A DNA stretch of 64,000 nt from a virus (Duplodnaviria > Caudoviricetes). How positions within the stretch are numbered: the stretch's first letter is position 1; each line of letters opens with the position of its first letter. The position numbers and the translations under genes are program-made. The stretch covers positions 71,164-135,163 of IMG/VR virus record IMGVR_UViG_3300033463_000029. One strand, 5' to 3'. Of this stretch, positions 38,125 through 48,562 are shown in pieces. Under the pieces are notes generated by a model that saw nothing but the letters and a program-made list of their open reading frames with translations, had not been told where the DNA came from and did no database searches.

Positions 38125-41100
38125 TTATGATATTCTTGCTTTTCCAAGATATACTTTTTCAACAATCTTTCCAGATTTGTCAAACTTAATCAACATTTCT
38201 GATTCATATAGAGGAGTTGCAAGAGATGGTATATACCCGAACTCTCTATCCACCGTGAACAAAGATTCCGTTGCGCCCTCATAAAGTTTGGCGTTCTGTC
38301 TTGTCTTCACATATGCATAAACATCGCTTCTTTCTAAGAGAGATTTTCTGAATGACTCGTTGTCAATCTTTGATGTCTTTCCGGTTCCATCATCATATAT
38401 AGACTCTGCTAGAATTGACCATTTTGATGAAACATAATTGTCAAAGGTTCTCTTTATGACAACAGATTCAGTCAATATGTTCTCAACAGAATAAGACGGT
38501 TTGTATGATTCCGCCTTTGTAGATGCATCTTCTGGAGAAGCGCCCTGATTGCCTGATGAAGCGTCAGCTGGAGTTGATGCTGATGAATCTGCCTGCGTAG
38601 ATGCATCAGCTGGAGTTGACACTGAAGAATCTGTCTGCGTAGATGCATCAGCTGGTTTTTCACCGGCTGTTATATCTTTCTTCTCGCCCTCTTTTAATGT
38701 CGCAAACTGCTTAACTGCATTCACTAAACTTTCCGGCTTATCGTCGATGTTACAAATTAAAGTGCTATCCGCTTTATCAGTTGGTCTAGATTTTCCGCTA
38801 AGAATTGTTTTCCCACCGTCATGCCCAATATAGAACGGTCCAACAATATCGCTTATTGTTATAAGAGGCTGATCTGATGTACCCTCCTGACCATGCCACT
38901 TTGTGCAAGTATAAGGCTTTCCTGCATCTTTCATAACTTCGTTCTTAACGTGCCATCTGTTGTCACCGCCGTCCTTTTCAAACTTAAACTCAATACAGTT
39001 TGTAAATATCTCTTTAGTAGAATCTTCGATTAGTTTAAGTTTTTCTTCATCAGTAAGACCTTTCTTTCCACCTCTAAGCTCGTTTTCAATTTCTTCAATA
39101 ACGAGTTCAAGTTGATCTATACTATACTTCTTATTCTTCCAAGGATTCTGGCTTGCATCGGCAATTACCTTTGCCCTGACAGCTGACGTAAGTTTATCTG
39201 TTGATTCTGCAAATTTTTCCTCTTCATTTTCAGCCTTATCAGATATCTTTTTAAGATTATCCTTAACATCTTTCATTGTGGCTTCAGAATCAAGAACGAT
39301 AGATGTAGAGAAATAGTCTGCATCAGAATCACCAACCTTCTTTCCTGGTTTAACTCTATAGAATATAAGAACATTTGTTACATCCGTATCCTTGTCTGGG
39401 GTCACGGCATCCTTTTCGTCGCCTGTTGGAGTTTCACCAGCAGCGGTGCTGCTGTCTTCTGGTTTTTTATCTTCACCTTCTCCATCACCCTCTCCGTCTT
39501 CGTTTATTGTGTTGTCATTGAGATGACTTAAATTTGAATAGTCAACGGACTCGGCAGGAATTGGCAATATTGCGAATATGTTTTCCTCACCTATCTTTTC
39601 ATCTGTTTTTCTGTAGATTGAGGATATTTTTGATTTAGCGTTTGCCAAATCGGAGTTCTGATTAACAAATTTCACAACATCTTCGTTTGTCTTTGCTTCG
39701 AGAGCAGGATCATGTGGAAGATATTCTTTAATTCTCTTGACAACATCCTCAACATCGGATGCTTCCTTGAATTCCATATTAAATTCAGGCGTGTCGGCAT
39801 CCTCTGATGTTACAAGTTTAACGAACTCGTCTTTCTTTATAGGTGTGCCGAGTTTTATTCTATCAACCCTTTCAAATCCTGCAATTTTATCGTTGTATAC
39901 CGCAAACGCAATAGTATTATATTCTTCACCCTTTTCGTTCGATGAGTCACTGTCACCTATGGCGAAAATCGTTTCTATCTTCTTTGCCTTGCTGTCTCCG
40001 ACCTCTCTCTGAAAGACCGATGAAGTCACCTCTTTCTTCCAGTCTTCGCTATCTACGATATAAGGATCAAGTGCGAGCCATTTCCCATATTCGAGAACGA
40101 CTTCCTTCTTCTGTCCGTTGTCATCCTTAAACGCATCATACAATATCTTTGTATCAGGATTAAGATGAGCAATGCTTCCATAATTTGTAAAGTCTCCTTC
40201 AACCAGACCGACCAAAGAAATCTTCAATTCTTTCTTTTCTCTATTTGCTTCAAGAATCTTGACGAGAGCAACATTTCCTTTCGCTCTCACCTTATCTGAA
40301 CCAAATGAACTTCCAAGCACACCCTGTGCATTTGTCTGGCGAACAAGATAATACTGGTCTTTAACTGGATATGTATCAAGAACATAATCAGCTTCACCGG
40401 CAAGACCACTTTTGAACAGAGGAAGAACATTCTGAAGAATGAATCCCAAATATGCCAAGTATGGTTCGCTTGAAACTATTTCTACAAGAATGTGTGAGAA
40501 ATTGTTATTGTAAATATCCTTCTGAGAATCCCACATATTCTGAAGCTTTTCCTGTGCGGCAATCAAAAGATTTGAAGTCTTCTCATCTTTCGCCTCGGTG
40601 TATTTTGAGAAATTCTTTATAATACCATCACCAATGTTATAATAGTGCTTTAACATACTATCATAACCTTCCTTTAATCTGGCATACTGTTTATTAAACT
40701 TGTTTCCTTCTGGAACCTTTCCATATTTTTCAAGAATTTCATGAAGTTTATCAACTGCACTCGTGTCTATGTCTGACAATGAACCAGATGTTATTCCGAG
40801 ATCCTTGAAAACTCTGTCCATGTTGACATATTTGTCGGCGTAATTGTATATTATAGAATAGCAAATCTCTCTAACAGATTCTTTATTAAGCTGGACAGTT
40901 TCTCCCTTGTATTGGAACTGCCCGCCCTTTAATGACATGTCTGTAATAGAAAATCCGCTTTCACTTGAGCTTTCACTGCCTGCCTCATTTAGAGCGTTCT
41001 TCGCTTCAAGAACGGCATGAAAACTTTCATATACAGTCTTTCCTTCTGACTCTGCTACAGACTCATTCTGATCCGTTTCATTCGCAACTTTAATCTGGTT

Positions 41101-41685
41101 ATATGCTGTAACGGCACACTGATAGTCTCTCAAGATTTCATCTTTATATTTGTTACAGAATGGATAAAGACCAATGTTGTAATTCTTAGACGCTTCACCG
41201 TTTTTCTTATTGAAATTCATAGTAAAGAGCCTTCCGAAGAAGTCTCCAATCTTTGCTCCAAGTCCGCCATATCCGGGAAGGATATTCTTCATTGACATTC
41301 CGTCTGGATTCAAAGTGAAATCCTTCTGTGCCCTTTGCAAAGCCTTAACAACTTTATTATATCTAACTTTAATGCTCTTGTCAAGAACCTTTATAAGCTT
41401 TATTATAGCTGCTATTATAGCTGCGGCTCCAGCAACGATTGCAATCTCCTTGAAATGAACAGCAAACCAACCGAGACCAGCTCCACCGCCAGCTCCACCG
41501 CCAGCTGCGCCCTTTCCAAGTATTTTTGCACTTTGGTTTATTATTGTTCTATTGAATTCTATGTGGAGTGGCCATACACTTTTTGTTGTATGCACGGCAG
41601 CTTTCGCTGGCAAATTTACCACTTGAGATATTCCTCCAACATCAACAGGGAGACCTGGATTTATTTCATTAAGTATATTACCCAT
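38125..41685 (-). CDS. Large late, probably virion protein
   Basis: 1186 aa with an N-terminal hydrophobic helix, many LNE/LYES motifs and PADAST repeats. ATAAATA at 41713-41719. Confidence 0.7.
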   Translation of the reverse strand: MGNILNEINPGLPVDVGGISQVVNLPAKAAVHTTKSVWPLHIEFNRTIINQSAKILGKGAAGGGAGGGAGLGWFAVHFKEIAIVAGAAAIIAAIIKLIKVLDKSIKVRYNKVVKALQRAQKDFTLNPDGMSMKNILPGYGGLGAKIGDFFGRLFTMNFNKKNGEASKNYNIGLYPFCNKYKDEILRDYQCAVTAYNQIKVANETDQNESVAESEGKTVYESFHAVLEAKNALNEAGSESSSESGFSITDMSLKGGQFQYKGETVQLNKESVREICYSIIYNYADKYVNMDRVFKDLGITSGSLSDIDTSAVDKLHEILEKYGKVPEGNKFNKQYARLKEGYDSMLKHYYNIGDGIIKNFSKYTEAKDEKTSNLLIAAQEKLQNMWDSQKDIYNNNFSHILVEIVSSEPYLAYLGFILQNVLPLFKSGLAGEADYVLDTYPVKDQYYLVRQTNAQGVLGSSFGSDKVRAKGNVALVKILEANREKKELKISLVGLVEGDFTNYGSIAHLNPDTKILYDAFKDDNGQKKEVVLEYGKWLALDPYIVDSEDWKKEVTSSVFQREVGDSKAKKIETIFAIGDSDSSNEKGEEYNTIAFAVYNDKIAGFERVDRIKLGTPIKKDEFVKLVTSEDADTPEFNMEFKEASDVEDVVKRIKEYLPHDPALEAKTNEDVVKFVNQNSDLANAKSKISSIYRKTDEKIGEENIFAILPIPAESVDYSNLSHLNDNTINEDGEGDGEGEDKKPEDSSTAAGETPTGDEKDAVTPDKDTDVTNVLIFYRVKPGKKVGDSDADYFSTSIVLDSEATMKDVKDNLKKISDKAENEEEKFAESTDKLTSAVRAKVIADASQNPWKNKKYSIDQLELVIEEIENELRGGKKGLTDEEKLKLIEDSTKEIFTNCIEFKFEKDGGDNRWHVKNEVMKDAGKPYTCTKWHGQEGTSDQPLITISDIVGPFYIGHDGGKTILSGKSRPTDKADSTLICNIDDKPESLVNAVKQFATLKEGEKKDITAGEKPADASTQTDSSVSTPADASTQADSSASTPADASSGNQGASPEDASTKAESYKPSYSVENILTESVVIKRTFDNYVSSKWSILAESIYDDGTGKTSKIDNESFRKSLLERSDVYAYVKTRQNAKLYEGATESLFTVDREFGYIPSLATPLYESEMLIKFDKSGKIVEKVYLGKARIS
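38555..38655. repeat. 42-bp (14-aa) tandem repeat PADASTQ.DSS.ST, about 2.4 copies
   Basis: ctgcgtagatgcatcagctgg recurs at 42-nt spacing. Confidence 0.85.
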
Positions 41686-41751
41686 CTTTTATTAAAGAAA
41701 ATTTCTTTTGTTTATTTATTTCCATAAATTAAGGTAATATATTCCAAAGGG

Positions 41752-41758
41752 ATAAATA
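41752..41758 (+). promoter_or_regulatory. T4-late-like element ATAAATA for the + strand operon
   Basis: Forms a divergent pair with 41713-41719 (-). Confidence 0.55.
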
Positions 41759-41785
41759 CACAAAACGAAATTGTTAATTATTTAG

Positions 41786-42433
41786 ATGCAAAATATATTT
41801 GCGTTCGACTTTTCTATGAACAAACCGGCGATGACATCATACATCAACGGTGAAGTTAAGTTTTATTTGTGGCCATCAGATTTAGACGGAAAATCAATAG
41901 ACACCCTTGAATCCGTTGGTGTAAAAATAGAAAACAGAAACCTTCCAAAAATAAAAGAACACGGGTATAATAGTCATCAACTTATAATTGAACACGTTAA
42001 TAGGGCAACCGAACTCGCAAAAACTATAGTAGATGAGATAGACAGAATTGTCGACGAAAACAAAATATCAAGAGAAGACGTCATCATATCAAACGAAAGC
42101 ATGGCATTTTCAGCAAAGGGTGACGCAACGTTAGATTTGTCAGGATACAAATACATCCTAATGTACACACTAATAAACAGCGGATATAAGGTATTCAGAA
42201 CATACTCTCCAATAACTTTGAAAAAAACGGCCGGATGTTCGAAAAAAGGTATGGGTAAGGATGATATGATAGAAGCCCTTGGAAACGAAAGCGGACATTT
42301 GCTATTTGAAGTCATTAAAGACAAAAAAGAGTTATTGAAAAAGAAAACCAATTATGTCACTGGTCTAGATGATATTGCCGATTCATATTGGTGTTTCAAA
42401 ACAACATTGAACGATGAGCAGAACAGTAACTAA
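41786..42433 (+). CDS. RuvC-like Holliday junction resolvase
   Basis: IFAFDFSMNKP, NESMAF, SPITLKKTAG, KDDMIEA and DDIADSYW (RNase H-fold acidic residues). Confidence 0.82.
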   Translation: MQNIFAFDFSMNKPAMTSYINGEVKFYLWPSDLDGKSIDTLESVGVKIENRNLPKIKEHGYNSHQLIIEHVNRATELAKTIVDEIDRIVDENKISREDVIISNESMAFSAKGDATLDLSGYKYILMYTLINSGYKVFRTYSPITLKKTAGCSKKGMGKDDMIEALGNESGHLLFEVIKDKKELLKKKTNYVTGLDDIADSYWCFKTTLNDEQNSN

Positions 42434-43943
42434 AATAACGTGTAACGAAACATTCGAAGACTCTATAAAAATAGAGGAATTTGATAAATATGAATCATAT
42501 AACGTTACGGTTACAACGACTGATGGGGACAAACAAATCGTCTTCGTCGGAGATTATACATATCAAGAGATAAATGCTGGGAAATACAACGATCCGGATA
42601 AAGAAAACTATCTTCCGGAAACAAAAAGAGCTGCGTTTAAAAATGCTGTAAAGGCTGCACTAGTTGAACATAATCAAAAAATAAGAGATTCTGTTAGAAA
42701 CCTATCGTCAGGAGACGGAACGGTAGTTGATGTAAATGGAACTTCACTAGAATATATCATATATGAGCAAAACGACGACTCTTCATACAAATATGACAAA
42801 ATGATAAACGGTGTGCTAGATTCGTCAGGAAACGGTTTTTATAAAGACCTTAAAACAAAACCAGAAAAAGTAGCTTGGAAAGCTGCGGTTAAAAAATATA
42901 AAGAAGAGAATGGAATACACGGTGTAACTTGGAATCTCGAAAAGGCGCATGACGACGTGATGAATGCGATTCACAGTTTGGATTTGCATTTACCACAAGT
43001 TGAAATGCCGGATCCGCCTCTAATAGTTACAGCTATACCTAAACTAATAACCGACCCTTGTGACTTTGTTCAGTCTCTAAAACACTCATCAAACGTCGCA
43101 ATAACGATAGACCCACCAGCGTTCGTTAATTCGATGAAGGAACTTCTCTCATATTTCATAAAATATGCTACACACACAATAACTCAGATTGGAAACAATG
43201 CTGTACAAATGGTTGAGCCGGTTGTAGAAACGGCAGAAAATCCACTGGAATCATATTACACGGACATGAAAGATTACTTGTCCGATGTTGACGCCATAAA
43301 CGAAGAGGTTAAGAAACAAGACGCCGAATATATATCAACATACAGAACATATGAATATGAGCTTCCTCCTCTTCCTGAAACACCTCCGGAAGCGGCTGGC
43401 AGTGGAGCGAGTGGAGAGTGGTGGGACTGTGTTGTAAAAATGGGAAAATGGTATCAAGACAACATACACACTTATTGGGGTGCAACCGATTCGAAAGGAA
43501 ACCCAGCAAGAAAAAGTTATCCGTGCCCGCTTATAAACAACAAAGATGTACAAGACGACTGCTCATCTTTCGTAAAAGCATGCTTAATGTATTTTGGTTT
43601 CGATAAAAGTTCACTCGGACACATGGCGACAGCATCGATGCAACCCGGAAGCAAATTCGACACGTTTTTAACATCGAACGGATTCGAAAGATTAACATAT
43701 TCAGTTTCAACAAGAATGCCTGGTGACATACTTTGCGGACCACCGGCATCACATACAGAAATTTATGCTGGCGACGGAAAATCATATTCTTGGGGTAGCG
43801 TTCATGATGGTTTGGGCAGACATCAAGGAATGCCGTGCAGAACTTGTGAGCAAATGAGTCAAAGAAAAGATAGCGGAACCTCAAATATTCAACGTATTGC
43901 AACAGTTACATATACCCATATGTGGAGATACACCGGAAGTTAA
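42414..43943 (+). CDS. Protein with a C-terminal NlpC/P60-like peptidoglycan hydrolase domain (probably tail/baseplate-associated)
   Basis: DDCSSFVKACL, PGDIL and HTEIYAG..SYSWG after a Pro/Gly linker. Confidence 0.75.
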   Translation: MSRTVTKITCNETFEDSIKIEEFDKYESYNVTVTTTDGDKQIVFVGDYTYQEINAGKYNDPDKENYLPETKRAAFKNAVKAALVEHNQKIRDSVRNLSSGDGTVVDVNGTSLEYIIYEQNDDSSYKYDKMINGVLDSSGNGFYKDLKTKPEKVAWKAAVKKYKEENGIHGVTWNLEKAHDDVMNAIHSLDLHLPQVEMPDPPLIVTAIPKLITDPCDFVQSLKHSSNVAITIDPPAFVNSMKELLSYFIKYATHTITQIGNNAVQMVEPVVETAENPLESYYTDMKDYLSDVDAINEEVKKQDAEYISTYRTYEYELPPLPETPPEAAGSGASGEWWDCVVKMGKWYQDNIHTYWGATDSKGNPARKSYPCPLINNKDVQDDCSSFVKACLMYFGFDKSSLGHMATASMQPGSKFDTFLTSNGFERLTYSVSTRMPGDILCGPPASHTEIYAGDGKSYSWGSVHDGLGRHQGMPCRTCEQMSQRKDSGTSNIQRIATVTYTHMWRYTGS

Positions 43944-43949
43944 AACATT

Positions 43950-44837
43950 ATGAAATTTATAATAAAAGACGACAACATAATAAAATGGATGTATGAAAGA
44001 AACGGAGACGTCTCTTTCGATTATATGACTCCATACAGAACGACATTTGTAGACGATGATGGAAATAGCGTAACTGATAATATGAGCTATTTTCTAATCA
44101 TATGGGGGAAGATAAAGGGAGTGCCAAAAGAATATGCCGACGATTTTAAAAAAGCCGTAGAAGATAAAATAGATGAAGAACGACAATGGTTTATGGAATC
44201 GGACGATTACGATGAGGACGAAGACTATTCTGGAGATTTCTCTGTATATGAAGATGAAATACAAGATTCGGTCCCAACAGACAACGAAGAAAACATAGAC
44301 GAGGCAACAGATAATGTTGGAGAAACAGTAAATCCTCTTTCAGAAGAAGAAAAGGAAAAAGAAAGAAAAAAGTTAAGACTGTACAAATGGCTTGAAGAAC
44401 AATCCACAGAATACAGGGATATGTTTTTCAAAATGATACAGCTCGACGCAATAATGGAAATGTTCGAAGCTCTAAAGAACATGAAAAAAACTCCGGGTGA
44501 CGTGTGGAAAAATGTAATAGCTAAACTTAAGAATGCCGCAACACTTCCAGTATCTTCCGGAGAAAAGAAAAAATTCGATTTCAAAAAATTCGTAGAAATA
44601 CTTCTTCCTATTCTTGGTGCACTCGCTGCAACACTGATGGCGATAAAAGATGCAGAAGGAGAAGAAATAGAAGCCGCAAAAAAACTTAACGAAGATAAAC
44701 CAGACGATGAGATGACTCCGGAAGAAAAAACAGAAGCAAAAAATAAAGCTATAGTTAAAGAGGAGCAAGCAGAAGCTTTGAAAAAAAGCATAGTATTATC
44801 TTTGGCTGAAGCAAAACGAAATGGATTTTCATTATGA
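43950..44837 (+). CDS. Hypothetical protein
   Basis: 295 aa with an acidic middle and one hydrophobic helix. Confidence 0.7.
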   Translation: MKFIIKDDNIIKWMYERNGDVSFDYMTPYRTTFVDDDGNSVTDNMSYFLIIWGKIKGVPKEYADDFKKAVEDKIDEERQWFMESDDYDEDEDYSGDFSVYEDEIQDSVPTDNEENIDEATDNVGETVNPLSEEEKEKERKKLRLYKWLEEQSTEYRDMFFKMIQLDAIMEMFEALKNMKKTPGDVWKNVIAKLKNAATLPVSSGEKKKFDFKKFVEILLPILGALAATLMAIKDAEGEEIEAAKKLNEDKPDDEMTPEEKTEAKNKAIVKEEQAEALKKSIVLSLAEAKRNGFSL

Positions 44838-45223
44838 ATACAGCAGAAGCATTTATGGAGAAACTTTGCAAAGTTTCAATGTGCCCACCAGAAGAAAACT
44901 CAGATGCAGACTACATCGTAAACAACTCTCCGATTTTCAACGAGGCAAAGAAATTTATAATAGAATTCGGGTGTGAAAATGTAAAGGTAGCTGTAAGCGT
45001 TGGTCAAAAAGTAGACGAAACCACCATACTCGCATATATGGAAGGACTTCCAGTAACATCTAAAGTTTACGGAACAATAACAGAAGTTAATGAAAAATAC
45101 ATAATAGGAGAATATCTGTCGGATGCCGATGAAATATCGAAGCTAGCTGAGAAAGAGATAGAGAAGTTGAAAAGCCTTGTACCAAAAGACATGATGGCTA
45201 AAAGTGAATCATTACAAAAATAA
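44834..45223 (+). CDS. Hypothetical protein with a biotinyl/lipoyl-like hybrid motif
   Basis: VSVGQKV....ILAYME..PVTSKVYGTITEVN, without the lysine hairpin. Confidence 0.55.
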   Translation: MNTAEAFMEKLCKVSMCPPEENSDADYIVNNSPIFNEAKKFIIEFGCENVKVAVSVGQKVDETTILAYMEGLPVTSKVYGTITEVNEKYIIGEYLSDADEISKLAEKEIEKLKSLVPKDMMAKSESLQK

Positions 45224-45235
45224 GAAAAACTTGTC

Positions 45236-47170
45236 ATGACACAGGAACAAATGGATAATATAATAAATTTGATGAACGAAAACAAAAATGTTAATCTGTT
45301 CATCAAAGACTTCATATTACACTTCAGGTTTCCTGAATTTGCGCTCCATACGAAAGACGCAGATAAATCCGGATATATGATAACATACACACCTGTCAGC
45401 AAAATGGCTGAAAATTATGAAAAGGATTCAAGTGTCATATTAAGAGAATACGAAAAGAACATAAAAAGAGTTTGCGATTCCGATAACGTCAAGTCAAAAT
45501 GCGAAGGAGATGATATCCTTGGTTTGAAGAAAGAAATAGACAACGAGAAAAAGAAATCAATAAACAAAATAATAAAGCAGTTCAGAAACACAGCAAAATA
45601 TGGGTTTTCTTCCGGAAAGATAGAAGACTATATGTTATATGAACATTACGCAAATTATCTTTTGAGTGATGACTTTTATTATGACAAGGACAACCCTTAT
45701 GTTGTTGAGCTCTTTAAGCTTCTGAACGATTTTATGAGAATGCGAAGCAGAATAGAGTTGAATTGCCAGAACATAGACGGTATGGTGACAAAATTCAACA
45801 AAGACTGCGGAAGTGTTGTGGCAAGATTCTGGGGAAACAGAAAAAAAGATTACTACACATACCTTAAAGATCTATTCAGATATGATTTTTATACAAACGT
45901 TGATGATGATTTGATAGAAGCGAAAATAAACGATGATAACAGAGTGACACTATATGAGAAAGTTTTGAACTTTCTTAAAGATATTTGTCATTATGTTCCA
46001 CCAACCAGCCCTGACGAAAAATACAAAGAACTCAGTTTTGAGGAAATGTCAAACGCAAACAGTCCGAAAAAAATAGCAATAGACAACAAATACAGCAAGA
46101 TCGAAAAGGATAATGAATCATTATTAAAATCTTTAAAAAAGATTGCACTCGATTTTGTAAAATTAAGAAAGATAGAAGTAAATCACGGAGATTATAAATA
46201 TTTTTCAAAATACATTTCAAAAAGCGATTTGACTCAGGTGTTCACCGCTAAGGAAGAGTTGGCAAAATATAAAATAGACATAAAAAACTATAGTTCCACA
46301 ACAACAAACGCCAGAATGCTGAAATATAAGAACGCTTTAAAAAAATATCTGGGTGCATTACAAAGCATAACTCAGGACGAATCAAATCAGCTGAACGATT
46401 TATGCGAACGGGCTATAAACTGGTATCTGAACAAAAGCGAACGTGTTGAAAATGGGGAAGCTCTCCAAGAATTCATAGAACCATCTTGGAGTTCCCCAAC
46501 AAAAGTTTTCAAGGACGATGAGGGGCATGACTTTTATTATGTACAAATACCAAAAACACAAGAGACACCAAAGAAAACAATCGATTCGTCAGGAAACATA
46601 ACATATGAGGGGGATCCATATGTATACACAGAAGACTCCTTAAAAACAAAATTTGGTGTAAATGAATACGGATATTGGCTAAAATACTGCACAATGGCAA
46701 CTATAGTAAACTGTATGATGCCAATGTACTGGGGAACCGGATTGATTCTTCCAAGCGGTCCATTGTCACTCCCAATAATATTCATACCTATAGTTGTTAT
46801 ATCTGGAAGGGTTACGATCGTTATAGGTCTTGGGTTGTGCGGAATATGTCCGTTACCAATGATATTGTTTGTCAATATGAGTGACGTTCCAGCATTTCCG
46901 ATACCCTTAATAAACATGGCGATAGACATGCTAAGACAACTCGCAGGAAAATTAGTTGGATTATCAGCTGAACCAATAAAGGGGATGATAAAAGGGATGA
47001 TAAAAGGATATGACGAAGCTATAAATTCTATAAACAACGAGATAGATCAAATTGACACAGATATTCTAAATCTTCGTTCTGGAGTAGACTCTGATTTAGA
47101 AACTCTTAGAAATATGAAGAAACGATTAAATAAACAATCTAATTCAAAAAGAAAAGGAGCTGGCGATTAA
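45236..47170 (+). CDS. Hypothetical late protein with a hydrophobic Pro-rich C-terminal domain
   Basis: 644 aa, last gene of the + strand operon. Confidence 0.7.
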   Translation: MTQEQMDNIINLMNENKNVNLFIKDFILHFRFPEFALHTKDADKSGYMITYTPVSKMAENYEKDSSVILREYEKNIKRVCDSDNVKSKCEGDDILGLKKEIDNEKKKSINKIIKQFRNTAKYGFSSGKIEDYMLYEHYANYLLSDDFYYDKDNPYVVELFKLLNDFMRMRSRIELNCQNIDGMVTKFNKDCGSVVARFWGNRKKDYYTYLKDLFRYDFYTNVDDDLIEAKINDDNRVTLYEKVLNFLKDICHYVPPTSPDEKYKELSFEEMSNANSPKKIAIDNKYSKIEKDNESLLKSLKKIALDFVKLRKIEVNHGDYKYFSKYISKSDLTQVFTAKEELAKYKIDIKNYSSTTTNARMLKYKNALKKYLGALQSITQDESNQLNDLCERAINWYLNKSERVENGEALQEFIEPSWSSPTKVFKDDEGHDFYYVQIPKTQETPKKTIDSSGNITYEGDPYVYTEDSLKTKFGVNEYGYWLKYCTMATIVNCMMPMYWGTGLILPSGPLSLPIIFIPIVVISGRVTIVIGLGLCGICPLPMILFVNMSDVPAFPIPLINMAIDMLRQLAGKLVGLSAEPIKGMIKGMIKGYDEAINSINNEIDQIDTDILNLRSGVDSDLETLRNMKKRLNKQSNSKRKGAGD

Positions 47171-47184
47171 ACCAACTCCTTTTT
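47152..47184. terminator. Bidirectional terminator between convergent genes
   Basis: Stem aaaaggagctgg/ccaactcctttt flanked by A and T tracts. Confidence 0.7.
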
Positions 47185-47201
47185 CTTATTATCAACCTCT
47201 A

Positions 47202-48413
47202 TTAAAGGTTATTTAGAATGTCGTCCACATTCATCCCTGCTGCTGGGGCAGCTGCCTGAACAGGAGCCGTCGCGGGAGTAACTGTTGGTGCAGCTACTGG
47301 AGCGAAACCAACACCCTGAGGTGCGGCTGGAGCAGCAACGGGTGCAACGGGTGCAACAGGTGCGGCTGGAGCAGCTACAGGAGCTACAGGAGCCGTCGGT
47401 GCGGCAACGGGGGCAGTAACTGGTGCGGCTGGTGTTGCGGGGGCAACGGGTGCTACAGGCGCTGCAACTCCACCGGGAAGACTAGTAGCTCCTGGGAAAA
47501 CCACGGGTGCCGCTGGCTGAGGAACAGCTGGCGTAGCTGTCGGCTGACCGGCAAACATAGACTGTATACCAGCACCGACAATCTGAGATGTTGCACCAAG
47601 ACTTCCGGTTGAGAGGTAATTGTTTGAAATCGTAAGAACCTCATTGACATGTGCAATCTGTTCCTGCGTCCAGTCCTGATATTCGTAATTATCAAGGTCT
47701 GGAGAATTTGCTGCGAGATAATCTACGAGATACTGACGGTTTTTCTCCGGCATAGATTCGATAGCAATCTCATAGTTTTGGGTTTCTGGGTTTATGTACC
47801 AGATACCAGAAGGAAGAACCTGTGTTCCGGTTGGATCTTTCTCATCGTAGAATGCTGATTTGTCGAAGTTGTTGTACTCTGACACGTTCTCGCAAACAAT
47901 CGCGAACTTACGACCACGGAACGGATCGAACGGATTGATACCAGCCTGACCGTTCTCAGGATGTTCCTCGCTGTGAAGTTTGTCGAAAATCTTCTTACCG
48001 TAAACGAAAACCTTAATCTGTCCGACAAGTTCTGGATGAATATCATCCTTCAAAATCTGGACAAGAGAAGCATACTGCTGCTTGCTTCCGAGGTTTTTCT
48101 TCGCAAACTCCTGATAAGTTGCGATATTCGTGTTCTGCATCTTCCAATAAAGCTCGTTCACTGGAGATGGTTTGCCGACTGTACGAGGATCATCGATGTA
48201 AAGTCCAGTCCCAGTCACGGGGTTCTTTACATAGGTGACAAATTTCGCAACGATGTTCTTTGCTGGATTCTTGTAGAAAGGAATAAAGCGGACAACTGAT
48301 GTGTACTTTCCACTCTTAGATGCTTTATAATTTACACGATAAAGCTCCGTGTTTCTTGGCTGTTGTTCAGTTACACCACTGGGTGTAAACAGACCGTTGT
48401 AATCATTACCCAT
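47202..48413 (-). CDS. Single-stranded DNA-binding protein (T4 gp32-like)
   Basis: SVVRFIP, QILKDD.HPELVGQIKVFVYGKKIFDK, PFDPFRG..F and NFDKSAF, with the acidic tip VDDILNNL. Confidence 0.88.
   Translation of the reverse strand: MGNDYNGLFTPSGVTEQQPRNTELYRVNYKASKSGKYTSVVRFIPFYKNPAKNIVAKFVTYVKNPVTGTGLYIDDPRTVGKPSPVNELYWKMQNTNIATYQEFAKKNLGSKQQYASLVQILKDDIHPELVGQIKVFVYGKKIFDKLHSEEHPENGQAGINPFDPFRGRKFAIVCENVSEYNNFDKSAFYDEKDPTGTQVLPSGIWYINPETQNYEIAIESMPEKNRQYLVDYLAANSPDLDNYEYQDWTQEQIAHVNEVLTISNNYLSTGSLGATSQIVGAGIQSMFAGQPTATPAVPQPAAPVVFPGATSLPGGVAAPVAPVAPATPAAPVTAPVAAPTAPVAPVAAPAAPVAPVAPVAAPAAPQGVGFAPVAAPTVTPATAPVQAAAPAAGMNVDDILNNL
47230..47545. repeat. Pro/Ala/Val-rich repeats (APVAP) in the SSB tail
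   Basis: GC-rich degenerate 9-12-nt repeats. Confidence 0.8.
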
Positions 48414-48510
48414 TTTTGAACTTTTTTAATTTTTTGAATTTTTTAACCTTTTGATTTTTTTGAACTTTTGAATATTTTGAAATGTATTATGTAGTATTTC
48501 TACTACACAA
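48414..48510 (-). promoter_or_regulatory. SSB leader: GAAA hairpin followed by about 8 TT(C/A)AAAA repeats (candidate autoregulatory operator)
   Basis: TTGTGTAGTA-GAAA-TACTACATAA (48487-48510), then an A-rich repeat tract up to the ATG. Confidence 0.6.
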
Positions 48511-48546
48511 TATTTATTCATATTTTCTGGAGTTCGCTTTTCATTG

Positions 48547-48554
48547 CAAATATA
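48547..48554 (-). promoter_or_regulatory. Bacteroidota-type -7 element TATATTTG upstream of the SSB gene
   Basis: Intergenic TATATTTGCA. A late element is also present at 48511-48517. Confidence 0.7.
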
Positions 48555-48562
48555 CTTCTTTT

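Noticed and set aside
38555-38655. CRISPR-like array
   Set aside because: These are in-frame coding repeats without unique spacers. No array was seen in the window, and the PD-(D/E)xK nuclease has no cas neighbours.
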